From an uncultured Candidatus Saccharibacteria bacterium (GTDB lineage Bacteria > Patescibacteriota > Minisyncoccia > Phycocordibacterales > CAIZLB01), in NCBI GenBank assembly GCA_964627085.1, contig CAZVIP010000002.1, forward strand, positions 85,151 through 149,150: a stretch of 64,000 nt of DNA, in the 5' to 3' direction. Positions 29,103-39,201 of the stretch are shown here, in pieces; positions within the stretch are counted from its first letter, which is position 1; the number at the start of each line of letters is the position of its first letter. Position numbers and translations under genes: made by a program. Below the pieces are notes generated by a model. That model was not told where the DNA came from. It saw only the letters and a list, made by a program, of their open reading frames with translations, and did not search any database.

Positions 29103-30863
29103 TTAGGCCACCTCTTCACCAGAAGTAGGATTATCCAGTTTTACTAAAGCATCAAAATCTACATCCCTCCATTCCTGTTTCCATAAATCAAAATACGGGA
29201 TATCAGTTGATTCTGGTTCATGTTCAGGAAAATCGATTTGCACCACAGAAGGTAAAGATATCGATTCTCCTATTAACAAAGCCTCTCCAGACTTCAGTGA
29301 AGGCAATGCGTTGGTAATGTCCCCGAGAGCATCTGGTAACAATTTTTTAACATAATTTTGATCATCGGGATTTGTGAGTCTCATGGCAATAAAGTTATTG
29401 CACTGAGAAAAAATGGTCTCTGAAACCTCAGATGGTCTTTGACTTACAACACCTAGAGTCACGCCATATTTTCTACCTTCTTTTGCGATCCGCTCGATAG
29501 CTGTTTTTGATGCCCGATATTTAATCAAATCACTTCGCGGTACATACTTATGAGCTTCTTCATAGATAATTAACAGCGGAGCCTCACTGTCGACACCAAC
29601 TGGAAGGCTTTTTTTGTGATAATAACCATAGTCAAACAGTAATCTGGATATTAAAGAGACTGTGATACTCAGCACCTCAAACGGAATACCCGACAAATCA
29701 ATAACTGTAACATTTGATTTACTTTCACTATAACCAAGTAAATGTTTCATCACGGTTTGCAAACCATCTGTTGCACCTGAATCAAAGATGAATTTGAGGC
29801 GTGGGTTATTGATGCTATTTTCCAATCTCAAAACAAATCTTTCAAAATCACCTTTATATGGACCTGCTTTAATTTTTGAACGGCTAGATTCTGCAAACCT
29901 AACCACCTCATCAAAATATCTATCCGTTCTCTCATTAATTGAGACCTCATTTTCATCAACTGGAATACCGTCCTGACTAGCAATCATTTCGTTGTTTAAG
30001 TTTTTAATATAATTGACCACTTCCTCTATATTAAATTTGAGAGGTGAGTCAAAATAAATCTTATCTTTATGAACACCCGGATTATGTTTTACTTTATTTG
30101 CAGTTACCGCTTGCTTAAAAATTGAAACTTGGTTATGGGAATTCTCCTCATTACTTTCAATAAAGAGATCAGCTAATTCCTCGCTGTCAAATAACCAATA
30201 AGGGATTTTAATATTCGTATGATTTATGTGGTTACCATCAGGGAAAGCTTTTTTATACTCGCCATGAATATCAAATATTACAATATGTGAGTTATTTAAG
30301 CCCCTAAACCCACCCTCTTTTTCTTTCACAGCTTGCTGTATGACCGATGCTAAAGTATGGGATTTACCAGAGCCAGTTGAACCAACAATAGCAAAATGTT
30401 TGTTAAAAAATTTATTCCCATTCACATAAGCTTTAACACTTTTATTTTCTGAAAGACTTGAAAAGGTAAATTTATCTCCGTCTTTTAGTTTACAGGTATA
30501 AATGTTGTTGAAATCATCTTCACCAAAAATTGCTATTCCGTTATTAGGCGGCAAGGGAACTCCGTGTGCCCCACGTTTAAAGTCGTACTTTCCACTTGTA
30601 GAGTCTTTTATATAGGTACCAATCAGTCTCACCTCGATTATAAAAGTAGGTGAGTCAGTTTCAATCTCAGGATCGGGGTGGTCATTCGCTTTAATTTTGT
30701 AATTTTCTATAACTCCAACAATAAAATTTTCACCTGAGTCATTGTTTGGAATCTTTACAAAACTACCAATACTGAATTGACCAAGAAACTCTGTAGGGTC
30801 TAAAATTTCTATTGAAACTAAATTTCTTGTCACCGATACTATTTTAAAGTTATTTGAATCCAT
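29103..30863 (-). CDS. herA: HerA/FtsK-like ATPase (DUF87) of an anti-phage system
   Basis: HFAIVGSTGSGKS, FDIHGEY, EEAHKY, RIAKEGRKYG, SQRPSE. Confidence 0.92.
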   Translation of the reverse strand: MDSNNFKIVSVTRNLVSIEILDPTEFLGQFSIGSFVKIPNNDSGENFIVGVIENYKIKANDHPDPEIETDSPTFIIEVRLIGTYIKDSTSGKYDFKRGAHGVPLPPNNGIAIFGEDDFNNIYTCKLKDGDKFTFSSLSENKSVKAYVNGNKFFNKHFAIVGSTGSGKSHTLASVIQQAVKEKEGGFRGLNNSHIVIFDIHGEYKKAFPDGNHINHTNIKIPYWLFDSEELADLFIESNEENSHNQVSIFKQAVTANKVKHNPGVHKDKIYFDSPLKFNIEEVVNYIKNLNNEMIASQDGIPVDENEVSINERTDRYFDEVVRFAESSRSKIKAGPYKGDFERFVLRLENSINNPRLKFIFDSGATDGLQTVMKHLLGYSESKSNVTVIDLSGIPFEVLSITVSLISRLLFDYGYYHKKSLPVGVDSEAPLLIIYEEAHKYVPRSDLIKYRASKTAIERIAKEGRKYGVTLGVVSQRPSEVSETIFSQCNNFIAMRLTNPDDQNYVKKLLPDALGDITNALPSLKSGEALLIGESISLPSVVQIDFPEHEPESTDIPYFDLWKQEWRDVDFDALVKLDNPTSGEEVA

Positions 30864-30868
30864 ATATC

Positions 30869-32059
30869 TTATTTTAAAAATTTTACTAAATATTTTGTAC
30901 TAAGACCGTCCACTTTAACAAAAGGAATACCTGCAAACTCTTCTGGGATTAAGGAGTTAAAACAGTAGACTTTATTCGGCATCAGAGCATCAGCAACTGC
31001 AGGCAAATTCTCAATAGACACCAACCTTACATGAAATGAAATTTTTGACAGACTATCAGACCCTTTTCGACCTTTTGGAACTTTATTTTTAATTGGTTCA
31101 CCAGCTAAAATTTCTACACTAAATTTAATTGTTTCATAACCATCATTAAACATAACCCCTTTCTCAATCAAAGACTCTTTAACGGAGGTTAGGTGCCTCT
31201 GGGTCAGCGCAACAAGAGGGGGTTTGATGTCGGTTTTTGCATTTTGAAAGTATGATTCAATAAGGCTGACAACCACTTCGTCTACAGAACATATTTCGTC
31301 TATCTCGATGTTACCAATGATAAAGAAATTGTTCCAATTCCTATGAATTGACCCTCGTTCAAACTCTTTCTCAACAAATTTAAAATATGCCTCTGCTCCT
31401 CGATACTCTTTAAACTCGGTAGTAAATATTGCTGATCTTGCCCCCCTTAAAAGCTGTACTATCTGTTTTTTATTACAGACCCTGTTACAACCTTCAGGAT
31501 CACTTATTATCATTGTTTGAAGGAAACCGACCAATTGCGAATGGTGGAAAACCGCCTGCTCATCATCTATCTCAGGTAGAACCTGTTTAATAAGGCCAAG
31601 TACCTCTTCGAACTGTTTTTGAAACTTAGGGGCAAAAACTATCTTAAACTTTGATGCAAATGATTCTTTATCTGATTGAGAAATTGATTCTAACTCCTTA
31701 TTTATTCTGATAGCTTCATTTGATGTGCCATTAACTTTTGAAAGTATTATATCTAAGTCAGTCACTTTAACATCCCAAACTTCTTCTTTTCGATTATTAA
31801 AGTGACAATAAATGATATAGGTCTTTTCTGGATCAGTCTTGAAAAGTTGTAACAGCTGCATAACCGGCTCTCTAAGAGAGGTATTTGTGTAATCCTTGGT
31901 CTCTCTGTATTTAATCTGAAATACATAGTCATTGTGATCAAGATCTTGAATTTTCTCTACACCTACCTCACTTTCTTCATCATCATTACTTAAAATAGCA
32001 ATAAGTGTTTTATCAAACTGATATGAATATCCTTTTATTGCATAATAGGCGCCGTCCAT
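30869..32059 (-). CDS. DUF4297-like PD-(D/E)XK nuclease effector
   Basis: AIKGYSYQFDKT...EKIQDLD...QIKY; directly upstream of herA. Confidence 0.8.
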   Translation of the reverse strand: MDGAYYAIKGYSYQFDKTLIAILSNDDEESEVGVEKIQDLDHNDYVFQIKYRETKDYTNTSLREPVMQLLQLFKTDPEKTYIIYCHFNNRKEEVWDVKVTDLDIILSKVNGTSNEAIRINKELESISQSDKESFASKFKIVFAPKFQKQFEEVLGLIKQVLPEIDDEQAVFHHSQLVGFLQTMIISDPEGCNRVCNKKQIVQLLRGARSAIFTTEFKEYRGAEAYFKFVEKEFERGSIHRNWNNFFIIGNIEIDEICSVDEVVVSLIESYFQNAKTDIKPPLVALTQRHLTSVKESLIEKGVMFNDGYETIKFSVEILAGEPIKNKVPKGRKGSDSLSKISFHVRLVSIENLPAVADALMPNKVYCFNSLIPEEFAGIPFVKVDGLSTKYLVKFLK

Positions 32060-32281
32060 TTCTAAAGTATACACGAAGTTGATGTACTAGAAAGCCACCA
32101 AAAAAAATGAACGCGAAGTGCTATTTCTTTCTGAATTAGGCAGTAACCACTTCAGTGACCTTGTTAACTTTTCAGCCTTGTTGCACCACGACCTACCCTC
32201 TTCTTCAGGCTCGAAGCGATTTTTGTAATTGGCTTGTGCTCCGCACAAGGACGGAAAATGTCAGTTGCGGTTTTATATCAA

Positions 32282-32305
32282 CGTCGAAATCTGCTGATTT
32301 CGACG
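32282..32305 (-). terminator. Hairpin downstream of tRNA
   Basis: cgtcgaaatc-tgct-gatttcgacg. Confidence 0.6.
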
Positions 32306-32325
32306 CAAATTTTACGCATAAAATT

Positions 32326-32399
32326 TGGCTGCCAGACTTGGAATCGAACCAAGATTAAAGGCTTCAAAGGCCTCTGTCCTACCTTTAGACGATCTGGCA
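32326..32399 (-). tRNA. tRNA-Gln (anticodon TTG)
   Basis: TGCCAGA/TCTGGCA acceptor stem, GAGGC-CTTTGAA-GCCTT anticodon arm, GGTTCGATTCC T arm, encoded CCA. Confidence 0.97.
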
Positions 32400-32456
32400 A
32401 TATATCAAATAATCTTCAAATAATGATGAAATTATCCTAAATCAGTTGATTGACCC

Positions 32457-33596
32457 CTACTTTACACTAAAAAACCTATACAGGGCAAGCTCCAAAGGCA
32501 AAGTCTTGATATTTGTCTTATCTATATAATCCTTCACACCGAGCAAAGTCTCGAGGGCATGCATACCCGCGGCGCGATACTGCGCTTTTTCAAAAATTTC
32601 ATTACGAATATGCAAGATGACATTGTCTATAAACAGTTCCATATCTGTGCCAGATTCAGCAATTGAGCTCAAAATTTTGAGACCTTCTTGAACTTTTTCT
32701 TCGCCCAACTTTATTTTTTCTTGATCAGAATTTAATGCCTGTCTTGATACAGTATCTATGAGGAAAAGAGCACCAAACCTCTCGACCTCACGCGCTGCAG
32801 AGAGTCCGATAGCATTCATGATAATTTCATAAGTAATCACATTGTCATGTGCATGTGCGACTGTGAGGACTTTCTGTATATGTGTCAACAAATCTCTAAA
32901 TGAACCACGGCCAGATTGTGCAATATAGTATGCGAGGGTACGTGCCGGGTTTTTGTCTTCACCTTCACTGCCCGATGAAGCAGTATCAAATCGATACCCT
33001 TCTTCCTGAACAACCTTCGTCACAATGCCAGCGAGTGTATCAAGATCAGGTTTTTTGAATTGAAATACCTGACATCTTGAAATGATTGTATCTGGAATTT
33101 TATGTAACTCTGTTGTCGCAAGTATGAAGATGACATGCTTTGGTGGTTCCTCAAGTGTTTTCAAAAAAGCATTAAATGCAGACTTTGAAAGCATGTGGAC
33201 TTCATCCAATATATATACCTTGAACTTCGAGCTGAGGGGCAAAGTGTAGATAGCATCATTTAATGTACGTATATCATCAACACTTGTATTTGAGGCGGCA
33301 TCAATTTCATAAATATCCTCAGGTGCTGTACCAATATTTTTGGCAAAAATTCTAGCAATTGTTGTCTTGCCCGTTCCTCGTCCTCCTGCAAACAAAAAGG
33401 CATGATTTGGCTTATCCTTCTTCACCTCCTCTTTCAAGATATCAACAATGTGTGACTGCCCTGTCACTTCATTAAAATCAGCAGGTCTGTATTTTCGATA
33501 GAGAGCTGTATGAGCACCTTGTGCACCTGATGTATTTTTTGCTGATGTATCTTTTGTGCTCTCTGTCTTTTTTGAAGTTGGATTAGATGTTGTCAT
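32457..33596 (-). CDS. dnaX: DNA polymerase III subunit gamma/tau
   Basis: ALYRKYRP, GGRGTGKTT, EIDAAS, LDEVHMLSKSAFNAFLKTLEEPP, SRC. Confidence 0.96.
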   Translation of the reverse strand: MTTSNPTSKKTESTKDTSAKNTSGAQGAHTALYRKYRPADFNEVTGQSHIVDILKEEVKKDKPNHAFLFAGGRGTGKTTIARIFAKNIGTAPEDIYEIDAASNTSVDDIRTLNDAIYTLPLSSKFKVYILDEVHMLSKSAFNAFLKTLEEPPKHVIFILATTELHKIPDTIISRCQVFQFKKPDLDTLAGIVTKVVQEEGYRFDTASSGSEGEDKNPARTLAYYIAQSGRGSFRDLLTHIQKVLTVAHAHDNVITYEIIMNAIGLSAAREVERFGALFLIDTVSRQALNSDQEKIKLGEEKVQEGLKILSSIAESGTDMELFIDNVILHIRNEIFEKAQYRAAGMHALETLLGVKDYIDKTNIKTLPLELALYRFFSVK

Positions 33597-33825
33597 ATCG
33601 GATATCATTATACTGAGTATTAATCATTTATGGAAATGAGCATCAGAGGCAGCATGTTGAGTATTCCTCAAAAATATGTTTTAATGTGGTCCGAAGTTCA
33701 TTTATACCCTATCCATACTGGATACAGGACGAGGCTTTGCGCATGCGGATGACACAATCCACATGTGAAATACAGACAATTCAGAAACACAAAAAACCCA
33801 ACAAACCACCAACACCAACTCAGTT

Positions 33826-34359
33826 ATGCCAGCTATTCAGAAAAAACCAACACCAAGAAAATGGGCAGCAATCCTGCGCACCAAACCAAAAACCGCCAAC
33901 AAGGACATCAAACGAAAACACGTTACAAAGAAGACAAAGCATGTCCCAGCCGACGAGATACCTTTCAAGGAATCTGACCGGCCAGGAATTGACCTTGGTC
34001 TTTTGGCCATGTTCCCTGAGCGGGCCAGCATACGCATTTGCCCAGCACTGGGAAATAAAGGCCTAGGACCCACAGATCCTCATTACTTTGAAATCACATA
34101 CAAGTGTCCCACTGGCAAAATCCGCGAGACAATAATGAAATCAAAGACTGCAAAAAGACGCACGCTGTTACTCAAGTGGATACGAGAATTCTTCTCCACC
34201 CTCGAGGAAAAAGTTTATGGTGACAAACGTCTCGGTCGCAGAGGTAAGCCAAAATTTACTTTACACTTCAATCCAGACGCAGTCAGAGATATCATGCGAG
34301 AACTTGCCGAAAAAAACTACATGCAGCTGCGACGCGCGGACGAAGTTACAAATCCATAA
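33826..34359 (+). CDS. Hypothetical basic orphan protein
   Basis: 177-aa Lys/Arg-rich ORF with own promoter-like sequence, CA-rich leader and terminator. Confidence 0.6.
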   Translation: MPAIQKKPTPRKWAAILRTKPKTANKDIKRKHVTKKTKHVPADEIPFKESDRPGIDLGLLAMFPERASIRICPALGNKGLGPTDPHYFEITYKCPTGKIRETIMKSKTAKRRTLLLKWIREFFSTLEEKVYGDKRLGRRGKPKFTLHFNPDAVRDIMRELAEKNYMQLRRADEVTNP

Positions 34360-34446
34360 CGAAATTCTGCAAGCACAGCTAGTGCCACTATAGCCAAAAG
34401 GCAAAATCATTTTCCTTGGACGTCACGACAACCAACGAAAAAAATC

Positions 34447-34490
34447 AACGAGACCCGATTCCATTCACATGGAGCCGGGTCGTTTTTTTT
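34447..34490 (+). terminator. Intrinsic terminator
   Basis: gacccg..tccat...atgga..cgggtc followed by long T run. Confidence 0.7.
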
Positions 34491-34603
34491 ATATTCAGTA
34501 TTCTACCTTTCTCACACGCGCAACATGCACCACCTACCAATGCAATATGTGCAACTATGCAATGCTCACAACACAGACAATGCGCTCAACCAGTGCAAGT
34601 AAA

Positions 34604-36037
34604 TTACACAAAATTATTTGTCTTCACCGCATGCTCTGCGATAATTCTTTTGACGTCGTCCACACAGTTTGCATTGTCCATGAGGTCGACGCGCAATTCT
34701 TTGGCATGATCAAAACCATTGATATATGCTTTAAAATGTTTTTTCATGATGGCAAAATTTTTGATATCACCAAGATGCTCCACGAATAATTCTGTATGTC
34801 TAATTGCAGTATTAATTTTTTCCAAAATAGTTGGGTGATATTGGTCAAATTCAATCACCTCCGCTGAGCCGTGAGCAGTTTCAGCAGGCGTGCCAATCTC
34901 AGGAACGCCCGTGCCAATCTCTGCATCAACGGCTAGATTTTTCTCTGCGCTATCCCCCGCACTATCTCCTGCGCCAATCTCCGCACTATTCCACACATCA
35001 CGTTTCAAACCACTAAATAGCCATGGATTTCCAAATAGCGCTCGGCCGAGCATGGCACCATCGGCACCTTGGGCTCGGGCTTTTGCAATTCCATCTGGGA
35101 CAGAAGTGATATCACCGTTTCCAATAATCAAAGTTCGATCGGCAGATAAAAGGTCTGCTTGCACAGAATCTCGAATTGCAATTGCTTCGCTCAAATGTTC
35201 CCAGCGTGCTGGTACGAGTGACATTTCTTTTCGAGTTCGGCAGTGCACGGTGATGAGTGCAGGCTTAGCAGAAAGTAGTGCCGGTATCCATGTTTCGAGT
35301 TCATTTTTGTTATACCCAATTCTTGTTTTAACAGAAACTGCAATTGGTTCTTCGTATAAATTTTTATCGATAATTCGAATTTCGTTTTCACGGATAAGTG
35401 TTTGGACGAATTCATCGCCGATATTTGTGTTGGCGTTGGCACCGACGTTGGTGCTGACGTTGGTGTCGGTGCTGGCACCATTTGCAGCACTAGCACTGTT
35501 TTCCGCACCCGCATCTTTGTCAGCAACATCTGTTTGCGCTACGCCGTTCACACCCATAGAACCAACACCACCCACTTCATCAAACGCTCGCTTAGCTCCG
35601 GCTTTGGCGGCGGCGATTATTTGCAATGCCTTTTCAGGGTTTTTCATCATGCTTGCGCCAGCGCCCTGTTTTTCAATTGACCTATCAGGGCAACCCATAT
35701 TTATATCAATACCATCAAAACCAAGGAGTGCGACAAGATATGCCGCCTGCTCCATATATACTGGGTTTGAACCAAAAAGCTGGGCGACTATTGGGCGCTC
35801 TTTATCATTAAATTTTAAATCACGAAGTAATTTGCCTCGCCCCTCAGCACTTGCGCGCACAAGACCATCAGCAGAAACAAATTCTGTCCACATCATATCC
35901 GGATTCCCTTTTTCAGAAATCAATGTACGAAATGCAATATCGGTGACATCAGCCATAGGCGCAAGAACAATAAGCGGTCTTGGTGTACCACTTGCATCTT
36001 GTTCCTTTTTAAGTCTTTGCCACACATTCATGGACAA
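34604..36037 (-). CDS. dus: tRNA-dihydrouridine synthase with low-complexity insertions
   Basis: LAPMADVTD, QLFG, DINMGCP, SVKTRIG, HCRT, GNGDI, GRALFGNPW. Confidence 0.93.
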   Translation of the reverse strand: MSMNVWQRLKKEQDASGTPRPLIVLAPMADVTDIAFRTLISEKGNPDMMWTEFVSADGLVRASAEGRGKLLRDLKFNDKERPIVAQLFGSNPVYMEQAAYLVALLGFDGIDINMGCPDRSIEKQGAGASMMKNPEKALQIIAAAKAGAKRAFDEVGGVGSMGVNGVAQTDVADKDAGAENSASAANGASTDTNVSTNVGANANTNIGDEFVQTLIRENEIRIIDKNLYEEPIAVSVKTRIGYNKNELETWIPALLSAKPALITVHCRTRKEMSLVPARWEHLSEAIAIRDSVQADLLSADRTLIIGNGDITSVPDGIAKARAQGADGAMLGRALFGNPWLFSGLKRDVWNSAEIGAGDSAGDSAEKNLAVDAEIGTGVPEIGTPAETAHGSAEVIEFDQYHPTILEKINTAIRHTELFVEHLGDIKNFAIMKKHFKAYINGFDHAKELRVDLMDNANCVDDVKRIIAEHAVKTNNFV

Positions 36038-36046
36038 AGGATAGCA

Positions 36047-36427
36047 CTAGTGAGGCAAATTTTCTAGGACCTTGGCGATTATTTCATCAGGACTTGAAGT
36101 AGCCTTAATCATGAAATGTGCACCGAGTGCAACTGCCTTGTCTCTATGTTCAGCATCATCTGTATTACTTACCACAAGCACAGGGATATTTTTTGTTCTC
36201 TCATCTTTGCGAATAAGCTCGAGAGCATCGAGACCATTCATATGTGGAAGGAAAATATCCAAGATAATAAGTGCAGGGACAGTAGTCTTCATGGCCTCGA
36301 TAGCATCTTCGGCACTTGTAAATAATTTTGGCTCAATCGGAGCATTATGAAGCTGATCATTCAATAATCGGCCCAAGAACATATCATCTTCGATAACGAA
36401 AACCTTTGGAAGTTCATTTTGATTCAT
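36047..36427 (-). CDS. Single-domain response regulator
   Basis: IEDD, LDIFLP.MNG, conserved Lys. Confidence 0.92.
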   Translation of the reverse strand: MNQNELPKVFVIEDDMFLGRLLNDQLHNAPIEPKLFTSAEDAIEAMKTTVPALIILDIFLPHMNGLDALELIRKDERTKNIPVLVVSNTDDAEHRDKAVALGAHFMIKATSSPDEIIAKVLENLPH

Positions 36428-36548
36428 GCCTATATGCTACTTGGAATGCCCCAAGCAATCAAGTATCACCAGTGTATAAGCTGATTGTAGGCTCCTTTCA
36501 CCTAGAATATAATTGTATTGTTACAATAATAATTAATTAATACTTTAT

Positions 36549-37250
36549 ATGGAAATGGAAATGATGGGACCTATGGTCTTCGGATTGCATCTTGATGTAT
36601 TTTTGATGCTTGCATCAGGAATATTTTATTTGATTTGTGCAGGCTTTGTATGGAAGCCTATGAGAAAAGAGAAGAATGAATTAATCAATGCTCTTTTTGC
36701 TTTCTTGATTTATCAGGCAATCAGTATGTTCTTTATGGGTGTTGAAATGGCCACACATAATATGCTCTACGGTAACATTGCTGGTCTTGCAGTATTTGTT
36801 GGTTCAGCGTACATGCTTAAATTCCCTCTCAGTTCACTCTCTGAGAAAACAAGAAATATTTCATTCATGGCAATCTTGATTGCTGCGCTTGGTCTATTCC
36901 TATGGTTCATGCAAACTGAAGCGCGACAAATGGACCTTATGCATTTCGTACTTTGGTATGACCTTGTTCTCAACGGTATCGTTGTTGGTGGAACAATCAT
37001 TGGTTATGGAATCAAAACAACAGAGAAGCTTATTAAAACAAAAGCCTTTGCAGGTGGAGGTGGAGTTGTAAGTTGTTGTGTTGTTTCAAATGCAGCGATG
37101 CTTGGCGGTGCAATGATTTTGAGTTCAGTATTCCAATTCCTTGCCCCTGTCTTGATTCTCGCATCACTCAAATATGCAAGAACAAAAGCAAATGCACTGA
37201 ACACTAATATAGAGACACCAACACCAACAAGTACACCTACTAACGCCTAG
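36549..37250 (+). CDS. Multi-pass (~7 TM) membrane protein upstream of a histidine kinase
   Basis: Hydrophobicity pattern; apparent operon with kinase. Confidence 0.7.
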   Translation: MEMEMMGPMVFGLHLDVFLMLASGIFYLICAGFVWKPMRKEKNELINALFAFLIYQAISMFFMGVEMATHNMLYGNIAGLAVFVGSAYMLKFPLSSLSEKTRNISFMAILIAALGLFLWFMQTEARQMDLMHFVLWYDLVLNGIVVGGTIIGYGIKTTEKLIKTKAFAGGGGVVSCCVVSNAAMLGGAMILSSVFQFLAPVLILASLKYARTKANALNTNIETPTPTSTPTNA

Positions 37251-37268
37251 TTTTTTACAATTATATTC

Positions 37269-38210
37269 ATGATTGAAAAAATACTCAGATCGATATTAGG
37301 AGGAGTCTTCGGAGCTGCGGTCGGGGTTATATTGATGAAACTCAATATTCCAGGACTCAGCGAGGATCTATGTTCATCAGTCATCATACTTATGGTCACT
37401 CTTGGTGTATTTGTCAGTATTGCAATTGCTGAGACAAATGAAGCAGAGACACTTATCCGAAACAATAAACTTCGCGATGAAACCGTCGCACTCATCACCC
37501 ATGAGATGCGCACAGGTCTCACTTCGACAAGTTGGGCCATTGAGCGTGTGATTAAAAACTATGGCAATGTCATGTCAAAAGAAGACAATGATTTGCTTGG
37601 TGAAATAATCAAATCAATCAAAGGTATTGTCCTCCACTCAGTCAACCTACTTGATGTCAGCATGCTTGATATTGGTAAACTCAAAATTTCACTTGAGGAA
37701 GTTCCGCTCGAAAAATTGGAGACGCTTTATACAGAAATTGTCGACAAATATACTCTAGGTGCGGAAAAACACGGTATCAACTTCATTACTCATATCAAAC
37801 TCGATCATGATAAAAAAGTTGAAGTCGATATGCTCCGCCTACGAATCATTATCGAAAACCTTCTTGAAAATGCTATTCAGTACACTACTCTCGCCACAAA
37901 AGAAATCGAACTTGATATTCAAAATGTTGAGAACGAATTGCAAATTAAAGTGAGAGATAGTGGAATCGGAATTCCTGAATCTGAAAAAGCGAATATCTTT
38001 GGCGAATTCTTCCGCGCAACAAATGCACGAAAAGAACTTTCTGCCGGAAGCGGAATCGGTCTTTATACAACACAACAATATGTCAAAGCCCACCGAGGTT
38101 CAATTCGTTTTGAATCAATCGAAGGCCAAGGCACCACATTCTTTGTTACTATTCCTCTCAAAACAGTTGCGGATGTAAATGGCTTTGTTGCAAGTATTAA
38201 CAAGATATAG
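37269..38210 (+). CDS. Sensor histidine kinase
   Basis: HEMRT H-box, NLLENAIQY, DSGIGI, GSGIGL, GTTF. Confidence 0.93.
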   Translation: MIEKILRSILGGVFGAAVGVILMKLNIPGLSEDLCSSVIILMVTLGVFVSIAIAETNEAETLIRNNKLRDETVALITHEMRTGLTSTSWAIERVIKNYGNVMSKEDNDLLGEIIKSIKGIVLHSVNLLDVSMLDIGKLKISLEEVPLEKLETLYTEIVDKYTLGAEKHGINFITHIKLDHDKKVEVDMLRLRIIIENLLENAIQYTTLATKEIELDIQNVENELQIKVRDSGIGIPESEKANIFGEFFRATNARKELSAGSGIGLYTTQQYVKAHRGSIRFESIEGQGTTFFVTIPLKTVADVNGFVASINKI

Positions 38211-39072
38211 AAAGACCAATCAGATATTCATGGTTCCCATCTCCCCCATCAATTTGGGAAGGAATCACATCAAACACTCTGTAACCTTCATCGGTGCAGA
38301 GTGTTTTGATTTTCTGTATCGAAGCTTCTGTCGCTTCAGGACTTGTGACAATGCCTTGCTTGTTGAGGTTCACTTGCCCCACTTCAAATTGTGGTTTGAT
38401 AAGTAGGATGCAGTATATTTCCCTTTTAGGTTTTGTGTCGGTTGGTGTATTTATGTTTGTACCTGTTGGTACATCAGTGTTCTTGTCAGTGCGCGCGCTT
38501 ATGCCCGCTGTACTCTGCCCAGCATTTTTCGCAATATGAGTAATAACAGGAATTATTTTGGACAAAGAGATAAACGACACATCACAAACTATATATTCAA
38601 TATATTCATCTTCACCTATTGCACCTTGATACAATTTGTTCTCGGCAAAATCTCGAATATCTGTCTGTTCATAGACATGGACTTTTGCATTCTCGCGAAG
38701 TTCAGCGTCTAGTTGCCCACTCCCTACATCAACCGCAAATACTTGTTTGGCTCCGGCTTGCAAGAGACATTGTGTAAACCCACCAGTTGATGAACCAATG
38801 TCGAGGCATATTTTATTTTTTGGATCAAAGCACGTATCCATCTGCACAAAGTGCGCTATCGCACCTTCGAGTTTAAGACCTGCTCTACTGACAAAACGTG
38901 TAATTTTGTTTTCTTGGATTTCTACAAATGACTCGTCCGCAGGTGAAATTTGTTTGTCGGATTTTGTGATGACTTTGCCGTGGAGTGTGACAGCGCCTGC
39001 CTTGATGAGACGGGCCGCGAGAGTACGGCTTCTTTGGCCTCTTTTTTCAAATAAAAATACATCGAGTCGCAT
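38197..39072 (-). CDS. tlyA: TlyA family rRNA methyltransferase
   Basis: MRLD S4 domain, VSRAGLKL, LDIGSSTGGFT, DVSFISL, LIKPQFE, GN.EYL; start re-assigned to ATG 39072. Confidence 0.95.
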   Translation of the reverse strand: MRLDVFLFEKRGQRSRTLAARLIKAGAVTLHGKVITKSDKQISPADESFVEIQENKITRFVSRAGLKLEGAIAHFVQMDTCFDPKNKICLDIGSSTGGFTQCLLQAGAKQVFAVDVGSGQLDAELRENAKVHVYEQTDIRDFAENKLYQGAIGEDEYIEYIVCDVSFISLSKIIPVITHIAKNAGQSTAGISARTDKNTDVPTGTNINTPTDTKPKREIYCILLIKPQFEVGQVNLNKQGIVTSPEATEASIQKIKTLCTDEGYRVFDVIPSQIDGGDGNHEYLIGLSISC

Positions 39073-39176
39073 ATGTGAAATATAGTATATGAATATCAAA
39101 AATAGACAATAAAGTGAGATGAAATTAAGCCAAGGGTGAGCACAGGGTGAATGAAAATGAGATAAAAATGTGAAAT

Positions 39177-39201
39177 AAAAAAAGCCGGCTATGCACCAGC
39201 T
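39177..39201 (-). terminator. Intrinsic terminator closing the candidate ncRNA
   Basis: AGCUGGU-GCAUA-GCCGGCU running into a U-tract; stem needs G-U pairs, so it forms only on the minus strand. Confidence 0.75.

Noticed and set aside
34515-34600. Repeated tgcaa/caatgc words downstream of dus
   Set aside because: Irregular low-complexity sequence without fixed period or clear structure
34890-36044. 384-aa plus-strand ORF and other long antisense ORFs (e.g. 13734-14321, 40086-40481, 61436-61888)
   Set aside because: Shadow frames of genuine genes on the opposite strand
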